Origin: Nitrosopumilus sp.
GTDB taxonomy: Archaea; Thermoproteota; Nitrososphaeria; Nitrososphaerales; Nitrosopumilaceae
Assembly: GCA_965219345.1 (NCBI GenBank)
Contig: OZ244732.1
Coordinates: 160,001 to 224,000 of the forward strand
DNA length: 64,000 nt
Reading direction: 5' to 3'
The translations under genes were made by a program, and so were the position numbers. How positions within the stretch are numbered: the first letter of the stretch is position 1; each line of letters begins with the position of its first letter. The notes below the pieces were generated by a model. That model saw only the letters and a list, made by a program, of their open reading frames with translations. It did no database searches and had not been told where the DNA came from. Positions 1 through 8,855 of the stretch are shown here, piece after piece.

Positions 1-1
1 T

Positions 2-697
2 CAACAGATAATCCACAAGTATTCCGTGTATGTGCACTTACTGTCTGAATGGGATAGCGATTCAAAGAACATAATCTTTGATGTAACAAACTCCTGGTAC
101 AATTCAGAAAAAGGTAACAATGCAAATCATGTGTTTAATGCAGAATCAAAGGAATACAACACAAACCAACTGCAAACAACTAATGACAAGTCCTATGTTG
201 AACTAAAGCATGATTTTAGTGACTGCCGGGAAGGACTGCAACCTATGCTTTACAAAAAAGCCGTAGATTTAGTGCGCCATGAGATTGAATATGTACAGGG
301 AAAGCAATTAAGCACAAATCCTGACATCTCTATTTATCCAGATATTGAAAATACAAACTATGACAATTCAGAACAACAGTTAAAAATTAAAAATGGGTAT
401 ATGCAATTTTTTCCAATATGTACATCTAAGGAATTTACATCATATGATTACAGCATAAGAATGGATAACAAAGATTTGGGCTTTGATGTGTATTTTGTTT
501 CATCTTCAATACAGCATGGAGAATTTTCTAATTCTGACTTTGATTATTATCAGGAACCAGGTTGTTTTGGTCAAAACAAACAAAGCTATAGCGGAACTTG
601 CAATAATCTACAAAAGGACAGTGGGTTACTGGTGATATTTCCTGATGAATTCAAGCCTTGGACTACAAAAGTTACAGTAAATCTATATGAAAAATAG
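2..697 (+). CDS. Hypothetical protein, 5'-truncated by the window edge
   Basis: Frame is open from position 2 to TAG at 695-697; no family recognised. Confidence 0.6.
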   Translation, partial: QQIIHKYSVYVHLLSEWDSDSKNIIFDVTNSWYNSEKGNNANHVFNAESKEYNTNQLQTTNDKSYVELKHDFSDCREGLQPMLYKKAVDLVRHEIEYVQGKQLSTNPDISIYPDIENTNYDNSEQQLKIKNGYMQFFPICTSKEFTSYDYSIRMDNKDLGFDVYFVSSSIQHGEFSNSDFDYYQEPGCFGQNKQSYSGTCNNLQKDSGLLVIFPDEFKPWTTKVTVNLYEK

Positions 698-858
698 TCT
701 AGAACCAAAATACTTGAATTAATTTTCTGACAAATTACCAAAAAGGAATCTCAAAAATTAATGAATTTCCACACTTGATATATCAAAAATTGCCGTATGC
801 ATACTAAGCCAAGAAGAGTCTAAGATGGTTCTGCAATGGATAGAAGAATGTAGTTCCT

Positions 859-1029
859 TTGTCATGTCCAACCTGTACCAGTGTACTGTCTCTGGCAGGG
901 TTTGTGATACCATCAAAAGATCAAAAGTCTCAATATTGGCATATGTGCAAACGTTGTGGCTTTGAGCGAAGTGCAGATGACTTCAAAAGATTTGCCCACT
1001 GTTTAATCAAGATTAAATCTGAATCATAG
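859..1029 (+). CDS. Small Zn-ribbon protein (56 aa; CPTC...CKRC)
   Basis: Hand translation from TTG 859: MSCPTCTSVLSLAGFVIPSKDQKSQYWHMCKRCGFERS...; below the ORF-track cutoff. Confidence 0.45.
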   Translation: MSCPTCTSVLSLAGFVIPSKDQKSQYWHMCKRCGFERSADDFKRFAHCLIKIKSES

Positions 1030-1065
1030 AATTCTTAATTAGCAATAGAGTTGTCTTTGTATTGA

Positions 1066-1698
1066 TTGGTTGATTTCTCTTTTCCAATAGATGGTTTCAT
1101 TAGCATTCTTGATTATTTGGGCACTGCATCTTTTGCCATTACTGGAGCATCAAAAGCTATTGAACACAAGGCTGATATTTTTGGAATAATTGTTTTGGCA
1201 ACTGTAGTTGGGATGGCAGGCGGAATTACTAGGGATGTAATATTTGGCAGATTTCCTACAGCCCTTTCAGATCCCATCTATATTGGCATAACTGTGACTA
1301 TTGGAATTGTCATGTTCTTCCTTTACTTATATTTCAAAAAGCGAATGAATGTCTGGTTAGTTTTTGACGCAATAGGATTGGGAGTTTTTTCAATTATAGG
1401 TGCTTCAATTGCATATCAAATGGTCGGATTGGACTTTCTTCCAATTATGTTTGCAGGAGTAATTACCGCAATTGGTGGCGGAATTCTCAGAGATGTTTTT
1501 GTCAGAGAGATTCCAATAGTCTTTGTCAAAGAAGTCTATGCCGTTGCAAGCATAATTGGTATTGTAATTTTTTACGCCATTCTTTCCCATGGCGGAGAGA
1601 TGCAAGTTGCGTCGATAATTGGAATTATTGCAGCAACTGGAATAAGGCTACTTGCAATGAAGTTTAATTGGAATCTTCCTAAAGTTCGTGAAACCTAA
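1066..1698 (+). CDS. TRIC/UPF0126-family membrane protein
   Basis: Two internal repeats with GGITRDV and GGGILRDV motifs; about 7 TM segments. Confidence 0.85.
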   Translation: MVDFSFPIDGFISILDYLGTASFAITGASKAIEHKADIFGIIVLATVVGMAGGITRDVIFGRFPTALSDPIYIGITVTIGIVMFFLYLYFKKRMNVWLVFDAIGLGVFSIIGASIAYQMVGLDFLPIMFAGVITAIGGGILRDVFVREIPIVFVKEVYAVASIIGIVIFYAILSHGGEMQVASIIGIIAATGIRLLAMKFNWNLPKVRET

Positions 1699-2561
1699 GC
1701 TGGAGTGTAATCTTTTGCTTGTCCAGCAAGTGCTTTTGCTTGGGCATCTGCTTTCTGTAAAATCTGCTCCTTTGTTTCATCAGTCATAAAGCCTGATTCG
1801 ATAGATACAGAACGTGCTGATTGTGCTGCTTGACTGAGGATTTGTGAAATGTTCTCTGGTGTGACATATGCTGCCGCTATAGATAATGAAACTGCTTCTT
1901 GGTGTGCTTGTGCAAATTCTCCCCGAATCTTCTCAACATCAATTATCATCTCTTCTTCAGCATACTTGAGGCCATCTTCTAGTGCTACATAGAGTGAAAT
2001 TCCTGCTTCTACTGGCTTGATATCTAATTTTCCAAGAATTGCTGCTAGTTTCTCATTGATAACTTCGCCTTTTAGTACAGGAGTAGAATCCCTTGCAATC
2101 CAAATTGTTCCTTGGTCAATCTTAGTTGGAATTCCCGCTTCTTTGAATTCTGTAAGCATTGGTCCTGGTGCAATTCCTGTATTTTTTGCAGGTACTACAA
2201 TATCGATACTTGCTATATCTCCCCCTCTGGCAATCATCATGATCTTGTTTTTGGCAAGAAGAACATTTAGCTTGAATGGTGACATATTGGTAAACATGAA
2301 CATACATTGCCCTGTAAGGTCTCCAACTATCTCTTTAATTCCTGGCACATCCAGCTGTTCTAGTGCTTTCCGTGCAATCTTATCTTTGATACTTACAAAT
2401 TCTACGTCATCTTTGAGAATTTTTCTTAAAGGCAATATCTGTGTAGAACGTACTTTGTGCGTTTTGATTAGAGCCAGAACTTTGTATTTTTTTGGCAGTT
2501 CTTGTAACTGCCGATACATTTGAGTTTTTTTCTTAGGATAAGATGTTCTATTTTCATGCAT
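1695..2561 (-). CDS. rpl10: Ribosomal protein uL10 (P0)
   Basis: KNTGIAPGP and IPTKIDQGTI motifs; next to L1. Confidence 0.95.
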   Translation of the reverse strand: MHENRTSYPKKKTQMYRQLQELPKKYKVLALIKTHKVRSTQILPLRKILKDDVEFVSIKDKIARKALEQLDVPGIKEIVGDLTGQCMFMFTNMSPFKLNVLLAKNKIMMIARGGDIASIDIVVPAKNTGIAPGPMLTEFKEAGIPTKIDQGTIWIARDSTPVLKGEVINEKLAAILGKLDIKPVEAGISLYVALEDGLKYAEEEMIIDVEKIRGEFAQAHQEAVSLSIAAAYVTPENISQILSQAAQSARSVSIESGFMTDETKEQILQKADAQAKALAGQAKDYTPA

Positions 2562-3216
2562 GTTTCTTCTTAACCTCTTGTACTTGTTTTACTGGTTTTC
2601 CCATTGTAGTTTTTACCATTACTCGTTTGATATTTCTCTCCCCGTTTGGCAATTTCTTTTCAATTGCAACAAGAACGGCATGTGCATTAATTGCCAAATC
2701 TGCATCTTCCATGGATTCATCCCCAATTTTACATGATATGGATAAAGATGCCCTTGTTCTAACTTTGATTGATGTTCTAAATCTCTGTAAAAATGATTCA
2801 ATAGGTGCATCAAATGGAACTGGTGTTGGCATTTTTCCTCTAGGACCTAAAAGCTGACCCAGAGTTTTTCCCACAGTTGGCATGACTTTGGTGTCTGCCA
2901 AAAAGAAATCATACTTGTTAATGAATTTCCGAGATTCTCTTTTGTTAGCTGCAAATTTATCTAATTCACCTGTCCCAATTACAATATCGGCATTTGCCTG
3001 TTTTGCTTTCAGACTCATATCTCCTGTAGCTATAACACAAACAGTTGCCGGAGAACTTGTCTTTGGTAGCTGAACCACTTCATTGAGGGCAAACCCTTTC
3101 TTGACATCAATATCCTTGAAATTTACGATTAACTCTATGGCTTGAGTAAACTTCTTCGGTTTAGTCGCAGTCTTGGCTTCCTTAATCACTTCAACTAACT
3201 GTGTCTCATTAATCAT
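2554..3216 (-). CDS. rpl1: Ribosomal protein uL1
   Basis: LGPRGKMP and VKTTMG motifs. Confidence 0.95.
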   Translation of the reverse strand: MINETQLVEVIKEAKTATKPKKFTQAIELIVNFKDIDVKKGFALNEVVQLPKTSSPATVCVIATGDMSLKAKQANADIVIGTGELDKFAANKRESRKFINKYDFFLADTKVMPTVGKTLGQLLGPRGKMPTPVPFDAPIESFLQRFRTSIKVRTRASLSISCKIGDESMEDADLAINAHAVLVAIEKKLPNGERNIKRVMVKTTMGKPVKQVQEVKKKHA

Positions 3217-3382
3217 TACGAACATTTTCGAGAAAGCCTACTTAAAATCGTTTATAGATTGAGATTTCTGATTTTCCTTTATTTTAAAAAATTACACTTT
3301 TTATACAAAATAATTGCAATTCCGAGAGAAATTTATCTCAAAACCTACATATATTAAATCACAATCACAGTTTTCTAATACG

Positions 3383-3838
3383 TTGCAGCAATTTGACGAT
3401 CTTGATATGAACTTGCTTTTTGAGCTAATCAGAGATGCTTCCATCTCTGTTCCTAATTTGTCAAAAAAACTAGGGATCAATGCTTCCGTGCTGTATAGCA
3501 GAATCAAGAGATTGCAGAAGAAGAAACTGATCAAAAAGTTTACCGTTGAAATTGATGAATCACTCTTAGGCATAGGTGTAAAAGCTACTGTTGGAATCAA
3601 TCGAGATCCTAAATTTAAGGACGCAATTCACCAAAAATTCATGGATACCACAGAAGTTGTCTCAATCTCAGAAATTACTGGCAGATTTGATATAATGATT
3701 AAAGTTTATGCCCAGAGTCTTGAAGCCCTTCATACTGTGGTTATTGAAAAAATTGGAAAAATAGATGGCATTCAAAATACTGAAACCTTTGTTGAATTAC
3801 AAAGAACCAATAAAGATCCTGTTTATCTAATTCAATAA
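3383..3838 (+). CDS. Lrp/AsnC-family transcriptional regulator
   Basis: N-terminal HTH (LIRDASISVPNLSKKLG...SRIKRL) and ITGRFD motif; probable TTG start at 3383. Confidence 0.9.
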   Translation: MQQFDDLDMNLLFELIRDASISVPNLSKKLGINASVLYSRIKRLQKKKLIKKFTVEIDESLLGIGVKATVGINRDPKFKDAIHQKFMDTTEVVSISEITGRFDIMIKVYAQSLEALHTVVIEKIGKIDGIQNTETFVELQRTNKDPVYLIQ

Positions 3839-4318
3839 TTATTGGAATTTTTCATCCCATTTGCCTTCGTTAATTTCGGCAGTAATTTCTTTTGGAGTCT
3901 TTCCTTCTATTTTTACTCCTAATGCTACACATGTACCAATTATGGTTTTTGCAACAGATTTCAATGAAGAAGCATAAGATTTCTCTAGTTTTGTATTTGC
4001 TACTTTGACAATTCCATCCATTGTAACATCTCCTGCCCATTCAGTACCTGATGCTCCTGAACCTTTCTGAATTCCTGCTTCTTTCATGATTAGTGCTGCA
4101 GCTGAAGGAATACCAATTTCAATTTCATACTTTTTTGTATCGCTATCAACAGAAACAGTTACTGGAACTTTCATTCCCTCAAAGTCTTTTGTCTTATCAT
4201 TGATTGATTGGATAACTTCCATAATGTTAACTCCTAGAGGTCCTAATGCTGGACCTAATGGCGGACCTGCAGATGCTGCTCCTCCGGTTACAAGTGCTGA
4301 TACTTTTTGTTCTCCCAT
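3839..4318 (-). CDS. rpl11: Ribosomal protein uL11
   Basis: GPPLGPALGPLGVN motif. Confidence 0.97.
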   Translation of the reverse strand: MGEQKVSALVTGGAASAGPPLGPALGPLGVNIMEVIQSINDKTKDFEGMKVPVTVSVDSDTKKYEIEIGIPSAAALIMKEAGIQKGSGASGTEWAGDVTMDGIVKVANTKLEKSYASSLKSVAKTIIGTCVALGVKIEGKTPKEITAEINEGKWDEKFQ

Positions 4319-4353
4319 TCCTCATTCACTCTATACGAAAAATTTAATCCTTC

Positions 4354-4974
4354 CTAAACCCCACTCGATAGTTTCAGGTAGTTTGCGTCTACTGTTACTG
4401 GTAACTGATATGATGCATCCAACAAAACTACTGTTGCTTCTTCTTTATCCGCATCTATTCTAGTAACTGTTGCCTTCATTCCTTTGAATGGACCTCCTGT
4501 GATTTCTACTACATTATCTATTGCTAATTGTGAAACTGTTGATTTTTTGACAAGGTATCCCTCAATATCTTTGAATTCTAATTCCCCTCTTAATTGACCG
4601 CGAATGTGTCTAATTCCTTCAACTGCCATGTAAGCATCACTTGGATTGATTGCTTCAATTACAACGTAGCCTTTTAGATTGTCAACTAGCAAAACTGATT
4701 GAATGTTAATTTTATCTGCATTTGCTTTAGCTTCTAATAACCTCATTACCACTTTTTCTTGTCCACCAGTGGTCCTAATTGCAAACAAATGTGATTTTAT
4801 TTCCTCGGTTGATTTTACTTCCTCTGACAATTTTACTTCCTCGGTTGATTTTACTTCCTCTGACAATTTTATTTCCTCGGTTGATTTTACTTCCTCTGAC
4901 AATTTTATTTCCTCGGTTGATTTTACTTCCTCTGACAATTTTATTTCCTCGGTTGATTTTACTTCCTCTGACAA
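4354..4974 (-). CDS. spt5: Transcription elongation factor Spt5 (NusG) with an N-terminal tandem-repeat extension
   Basis: FAIRTTGGQE (NGN domain), ITGGPFKG (KOW); secE-spt5-rpl11 order. Confidence 0.95.
   Translation of the reverse strand: MSEEVKSTEEIKLSEEVKSTEEIKLSEEVKSTEEIKLSEEVKSTEEVKLSEEVKSTEEIKSHLFAIRTTGGQEKVVMRLLEAKANADKINIQSVLLVDNLKGYVVIEAINPSDAYMAVEGIRHIRGQLRGELEFKDIEGYLVKKSTVSQLAIDNVVEITGGPFKGMKATVTRIDADKEEATVVLLDASYQLPVTVDANYLKLSSGV
4795..4974 (-). repeat. 5 x 36-bp tandem repeat encoding (L)SEEVKSTEEIK
   Basis: Unit ttttatttcctcggttgattttacttcctctgacaa on + strand; four copies identical, one with a single substitution. Confidence 0.97.
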
Positions 4975-4976
4975 TT

Positions 4977-5150
4977 TTATCTACCAAATGTAATTACCGA
5001 AAAGACAAACTGAATGATAAATCCAATTGAACCAACTCCAGCTATTCCAAACAATACCAATCTGAGATGTTGTTGATACTCATCAGCATCTGGTTTTTTG
5101 GCCATTTTCATGGTATTGGCCATGTTTCTCAAAGTCTGCTTCGGATTCAT
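4977..5150 (-). CDS. secE: Protein translocase subunit SecE/Sec61-gamma (57 aa)
   Basis: Hand translation MNPKQTLRNMANTMKMAKKPDADEYQQHLRLVLFGIAGVGSIGFIIQFVFSVITFGR; KP..EY motif plus TM; upstream of spt5. Confidence 0.9.
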   Translation of the reverse strand: MNPKQTLRNMANTMKMAKKPDADEYQQHLRLVLFGIAGVGSIGFIIQFVFSVITFGR

Positions 5151-5189
5151 TGCTGGAAATTAATAAGGTGTCCTTATATTCCTTATCTC

Positions 5190-5966
5190 ATGGAGTTGCT
5201 AGTTGCGTATCGAGATGACCCTGCAGGTCATAATATGGCAAAATTTCTTTCTAATGAAATGACACAAGAAGGCGATATTTTCCGTGGAAAGTATTATGAC
5301 TTGATAATAATTTCTACTCCTGCCATTTCGGCTGATTGGTTAGAAGAAAAATATGATTATGATGGATTTGTATTTCTCTCAAAACATGCTGCTGAATCAG
5401 GAGTATTGGCTCTGACTTGTCATTGTACTGGTAATTTTTCTGAAGCAAAATTTGGCGGAAATGACAGACAAATTGCAGTTCCTCACCCAGATCTTCAAAA
5501 AGCATATCTTCAAATTTTGAAGAAAAATCAGTCTCAATTTTCAGAATTCCAAATCACTATTGAAGCAACACATCATGGACCTACTTCACTAACTAAACCA
5601 TCTATATTCATAGAAATAGGCACATCTGAAAAACAGTGGAATGATGTATCTCTGTGTAATTCAGTAGCAACCTTAGTTCATCAAGTAATTTCACAACCAA
5701 TTAAAGAAAATCCTATTGCAATTTGTTTTGGAGGGACTCACTATCCTTCAAAATTTACTAATGAACTACTTGTAGGAAAACATGCACTTGGAACTGTAAT
5801 TCCAAAACATGCCTTAGATAATCTTGATGAAAAATTATTCGCTCACATTCTTTCACAAAATAGTATGGCAAAGACTGCTCTTCTGGATTGGGGTGGATTG
5901 GGTTCGAATAAACAAAAAGTACTTGATTTTATTGAATCAACAGAACTCGAGGTTATCAAACTTTGA
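5190..5966 (+). CDS. dtdA: D-aminoacyl-tRNA deacylase (DTD2)
   Basis: FLSKH, EATHHGP, FIEIGT and GGTHY motifs. Confidence 0.9.
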   Translation: MELLVAYRDDPAGHNMAKFLSNEMTQEGDIFRGKYYDLIIISTPAISADWLEEKYDYDGFVFLSKHAAESGVLALTCHCTGNFSEAKFGGNDRQIAVPHPDLQKAYLQILKKNQSQFSEFQITIEATHHGPTSLTKPSIFIEIGTSEKQWNDVSLCNSVATLVHQVISQPIKENPIAICFGGTHYPSKFTNELLVGKHALGTVIPKHALDNLDEKLFAHILSQNSMAKTALLDWGGLGSNKQKVLDFIESTELEVIKL

Positions 5967-6262
5967 ATCTTGAACAAAAGATTTACAAAAAATTACTAGA
6001 GGTTCCAAAAGGCCAAATCACAACTTACGGTGAATTAGCGAAAGCTGTTGGATTGAAAAATGGACAGAGAACTGTAGGAAAAATAATGAACAAGAACCCC
6101 TATCCTGTGATTGTTCCCTGTCATAGAGTTGTAATGTCTACTGGAAAAGTCGGCGGTTACGCATATGGAGAAAATATCAAAACAAAATTACTAAATGATG
6201 AAGGTATTCAAATTAAAAATGGTAAAATTATAGATTTGAAAAATAAGGTCTATCGATTCTAG
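5963..6262 (+). CDS. ogt: MGMT-family methylated-DNA-protein cysteine methyltransferase
   Basis: TYGELA and VPCHRV active-site motif. Confidence 0.9.
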   Translation: MNLEQKIYKKLLEVPKGQITTYGELAKAVGLKNGQRTVGKIMNKNPYPVIVPCHRVVMSTGKVGGYAYGENIKTKLLNDEGIQIKNGKIIDLKNKVYRF

Positions 6263-6714
6263 TTCTTTCTGTCTGCTTTGATTTCTTCCATCAAAGTTCT
6301 AAGATGTGCTTTATTTCTAACCGTATTTCCACCAACTTTTTTGTAGAGTATCCAAAATTCTGGGTTTGTCAAATCTTCTCTGTCTTTTGCAATCTTCAAC
6401 AGCCGTCTCAATGAACGAACTTTAGCAACGTATACCTCTTTTTTACCTACTCGTGCTCCTTTCCTACCTTGTTTTGAACCTTGAGTTGTACCTCTTTTGT
6501 TTTTCTGGGCTTTCTTTACCTGTGCCCTGCCTCTAGATGTACCTGTAAATGATTTGATTCTGATTGTATTTGCTGTGATAAGACTTCGAATATTTTCTCT
6601 TGTAATTGCATCTGCAACATCATCTAGATGATCATTGTCCAATCTAATTCTATTAACTCCAACGCCCGTAACTCTGGCTGCCAGTCTTTTCTTAGCTTTA
6701 AGATTTACTACCAA
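6259..6714 (-). CDS. rpl19e: Ribosomal protein eL19
   Basis: KRLAARV, GSKQGRKGAR. Confidence 0.95.
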   Translation of the reverse strand: MVVNLKAKKRLAARVTGVGVNRIRLDNDHLDDVADAITRENIRSLITANTIRIKSFTGTSRGRAQVKKAQKNKRGTTQGSKQGRKGARVGKKEVYVAKVRSLRRLLKIAKDREDLTNPEFWILYKKVGGNTVRNKAHLRTLMEEIKADRKN

Positions 6715-7102
6715 TTACACTCACTCTTGCATTAAAAATTTTAAATTTATTTTCAATTGCTTTTGCAACAATTTCTTTTCTCTTCTTAGTACCAACACTA
6801 TGTCCAAATCTAACGCCGTCTTTTTTTGGGTCTAATTTTTCCAAATCATTCAAGTTGTAAACTAAATTATCTGTAAATCCTGAAGGATGTAATCCCCTTG
6901 CATCTTTGGGTCCCCTATATCCAACTTTAACAAGACCCGGACGACCTCTACTCTTTTGTTTTCTTTGATGATTATCAATTCCTTTTGGTTTTCTCCAGTT
7001 AGTTTGAAGTCTAACATAACGCCAGCTTTCCGGTCTAACAAAATCAGGATTATGTTCTTTAATTTCCTGTCTCTTTGCAAGTTTTTCTTTATTGATCGGC
7101 AT
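6698..7102 (-). CDS. rpl32e: Ribosomal protein eL32
   Basis: WRKPKGIDN, RGLHPSG. Confidence 0.95.
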   Translation of the reverse strand: MPINKEKLAKRQEIKEHNPDFVRPESWRYVRLQTNWRKPKGIDNHQRKQKSRGRPGLVKVGYRGPKDARGLHPSGFTDNLVYNLNDLEKLDPKKDGVRFGHSVGTKKRKEIVAKAIENKFKIFNARVSVIGSKS

Positions 7103-7250
7103 TAGAGTGACTCTTGAATTTTGAAATAAATACGTTCCTAGGAAAGAAAAATTTCAGATAACAAAGAGATAATAAGGAAATTCGAGGCGAATCGAAATAT
7201 CTCATGAACAAACCTGAGATTGATGAAATTATTTTTGGGGGTGTAATCCT

Positions 7251-8855
7251 CTGACCCAAGTCGTAGGTACTGCTGTAACTGACAAATTCTCATCACAATT
7301 AACAGAATTTGGAATCAATCCTTCCAAAGTTCACAGAAATCTAAACGCAGATGAAATGACACGCCTCGCAGTAGAAAGAAATGAAGGCATCATAAATTCG
7401 ACAGGTTCTCTTTCTGTTAATACTGGTAAATATACTGGCAGATCACCTGATGACCGCTTTATTGTAAATGATGACAAAACTCATGATACAGTTGATTGGG
7501 GAAAGATCAATCATCAATTTCCAAGTGATAAATTTGAAAAACTTCTTGAAAAAATGAAAAGCTTTGTTGAAAATAAGGAACTTTTTGTTTTCGATGGTTT
7601 TGCAGGTTCTGACCCAAAAAATCGCTTACCAATTAGAGTGATTAATGACCATGTTTGGCAAAATCTGTTTGGGAAAAACTTGTTTATTGGACCCACAAAT
7701 GAAGAGTTAGAGAATCATGAACCAGAGTTTACTATATTATGTATTAATGACTTTGAAGCAGTTCCAAAAATCGATGGAACCAGAACTGATGTCTTCATCC
7801 TAGTTGATTTAACAAGAAAAATTGTTTTGATTGGAGGTACACAATATGCAGGAGAAATGAAAAAATCAATGTTTAGTGTAATGAACTTCCTTTTGCCAGA
7901 ACGTGGTGTTTTTCCAATGCATTGCTCTGCAAATATTGGAAAAAAAGGAGACACAGCATTATTCTTTGGATTGTCCGGTACTGGTAAAACTACACTTTCT
8001 GCGGATCCTAACAGAAAGCTAATTGGTGATGATGAGCATGGATGGTCTGATGATGGTACATTCAACTTTGAAGGTGGATGCTATGCAAAATGTATCAATC
8101 TTAGCCAAGAAGCAGAACCTGAAATCTGGAATGCTATCAAACCAGGTTCAGTTTTAGAAAATGTGGTTCTTAAAGATAATGTACCAAATTATGACGACAG
8201 TAGTTTAACAGAAAATACTCGTGTAGCCTATCCTCTAGACTACATTCCAGGCGCAGTATTTCCCAGTATTGGCGGACATCCTAAAGTGATTGTATTTTTG
8301 ACTGCTGATGCATTAGGAGTTTTGCCTCCCGTTTCTAAACTAACAAAAGAAGGAGCTATGTATCACTTCATGTCAGGTTACACCAGCAAATTGGCAGGAA
8401 CTGAAAGAGGAATCAAAGAACCAAAATCTGTATTTTCTGAGTGCTTTGGGGCTCCATTTATGCCTAGACCTGCATCAGTTTATGCAAAATTACTTGGAGA
8501 AAAAATCAATCAACACAATACTCTAGTTTATCTCATAAACACCGGTTGGTCCGGCGGTCCGTATGGGGTTGGCAAAAGAATTAAGATCAAATATAGCCGC
8601 GCTATGATTACTGCAGCTCTTTCAGGTGCACTTGATTCTGTAAAATATGACCATGATGATTTGTTCAATCTAGATGTTCCAACTGAAGTGGATGGTGTTC
8701 CTTCTGAAATTTTAGATCCAAAAAATACTTGGGATAACAAAGACTCGTATGATCTTTCCGCAAAAAAATTAGCTCAGATGTTTGTTGAAAACTTTGAGAA
8801 ATTTGAAAATGTTTCATCCGAGATAACTGATGCAGGCCCTAAATCTACTGCATAG
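7251..8855 (+). CDS. pckA: Phosphoenolpyruvate carboxykinase (ATP); probable CTG start at 7251 (first ATG at 7356)
   Basis: TGRSPDDRF, GLSGTGKTT and LIGDDEHGW motifs. Confidence 0.95.
   Translation: MTQVVGTAVTDKFSSQLTEFGINPSKVHRNLNADEMTRLAVERNEGIINSTGSLSVNTGKYTGRSPDDRFIVNDDKTHDTVDWGKINHQFPSDKFEKLLEKMKSFVENKELFVFDGFAGSDPKNRLPIRVINDHVWQNLFGKNLFIGPTNEELENHEPEFTILCINDFEAVPKIDGTRTDVFILVDLTRKIVLIGGTQYAGEMKKSMFSVMNFLLPERGVFPMHCSANIGKKGDTALFFGLSGTGKTTLSADPNRKLIGDDEHGWSDDGTFNFEGGCYAKCINLSQEAEPEIWNAIKPGSVLENVVLKDNVPNYDDSSLTENTRVAYPLDYIPGAVFPSIGGHPKVIVFLTADALGVLPPVSKLTKEGAMYHFMSGYTSKLAGTERGIKEPKSVFSECFGAPFMPRPASVYAKLLGEKINQHNTLVYLINTGWSGGPYGVGKRIKIKYSRAMITAALSGALDSVKYDHDDLFNLDVPTEVDGVPSEILDPKNTWDNKDSYDLSAKKLAQMFVENFEKFENVSSEITDAGPKSTA

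Noticed and set aside
4795-4974. 36-bp repeats as a CRISPR array
   Set aside because: Head-to-tail with no spacers, in frame within spt5, and no cas genes
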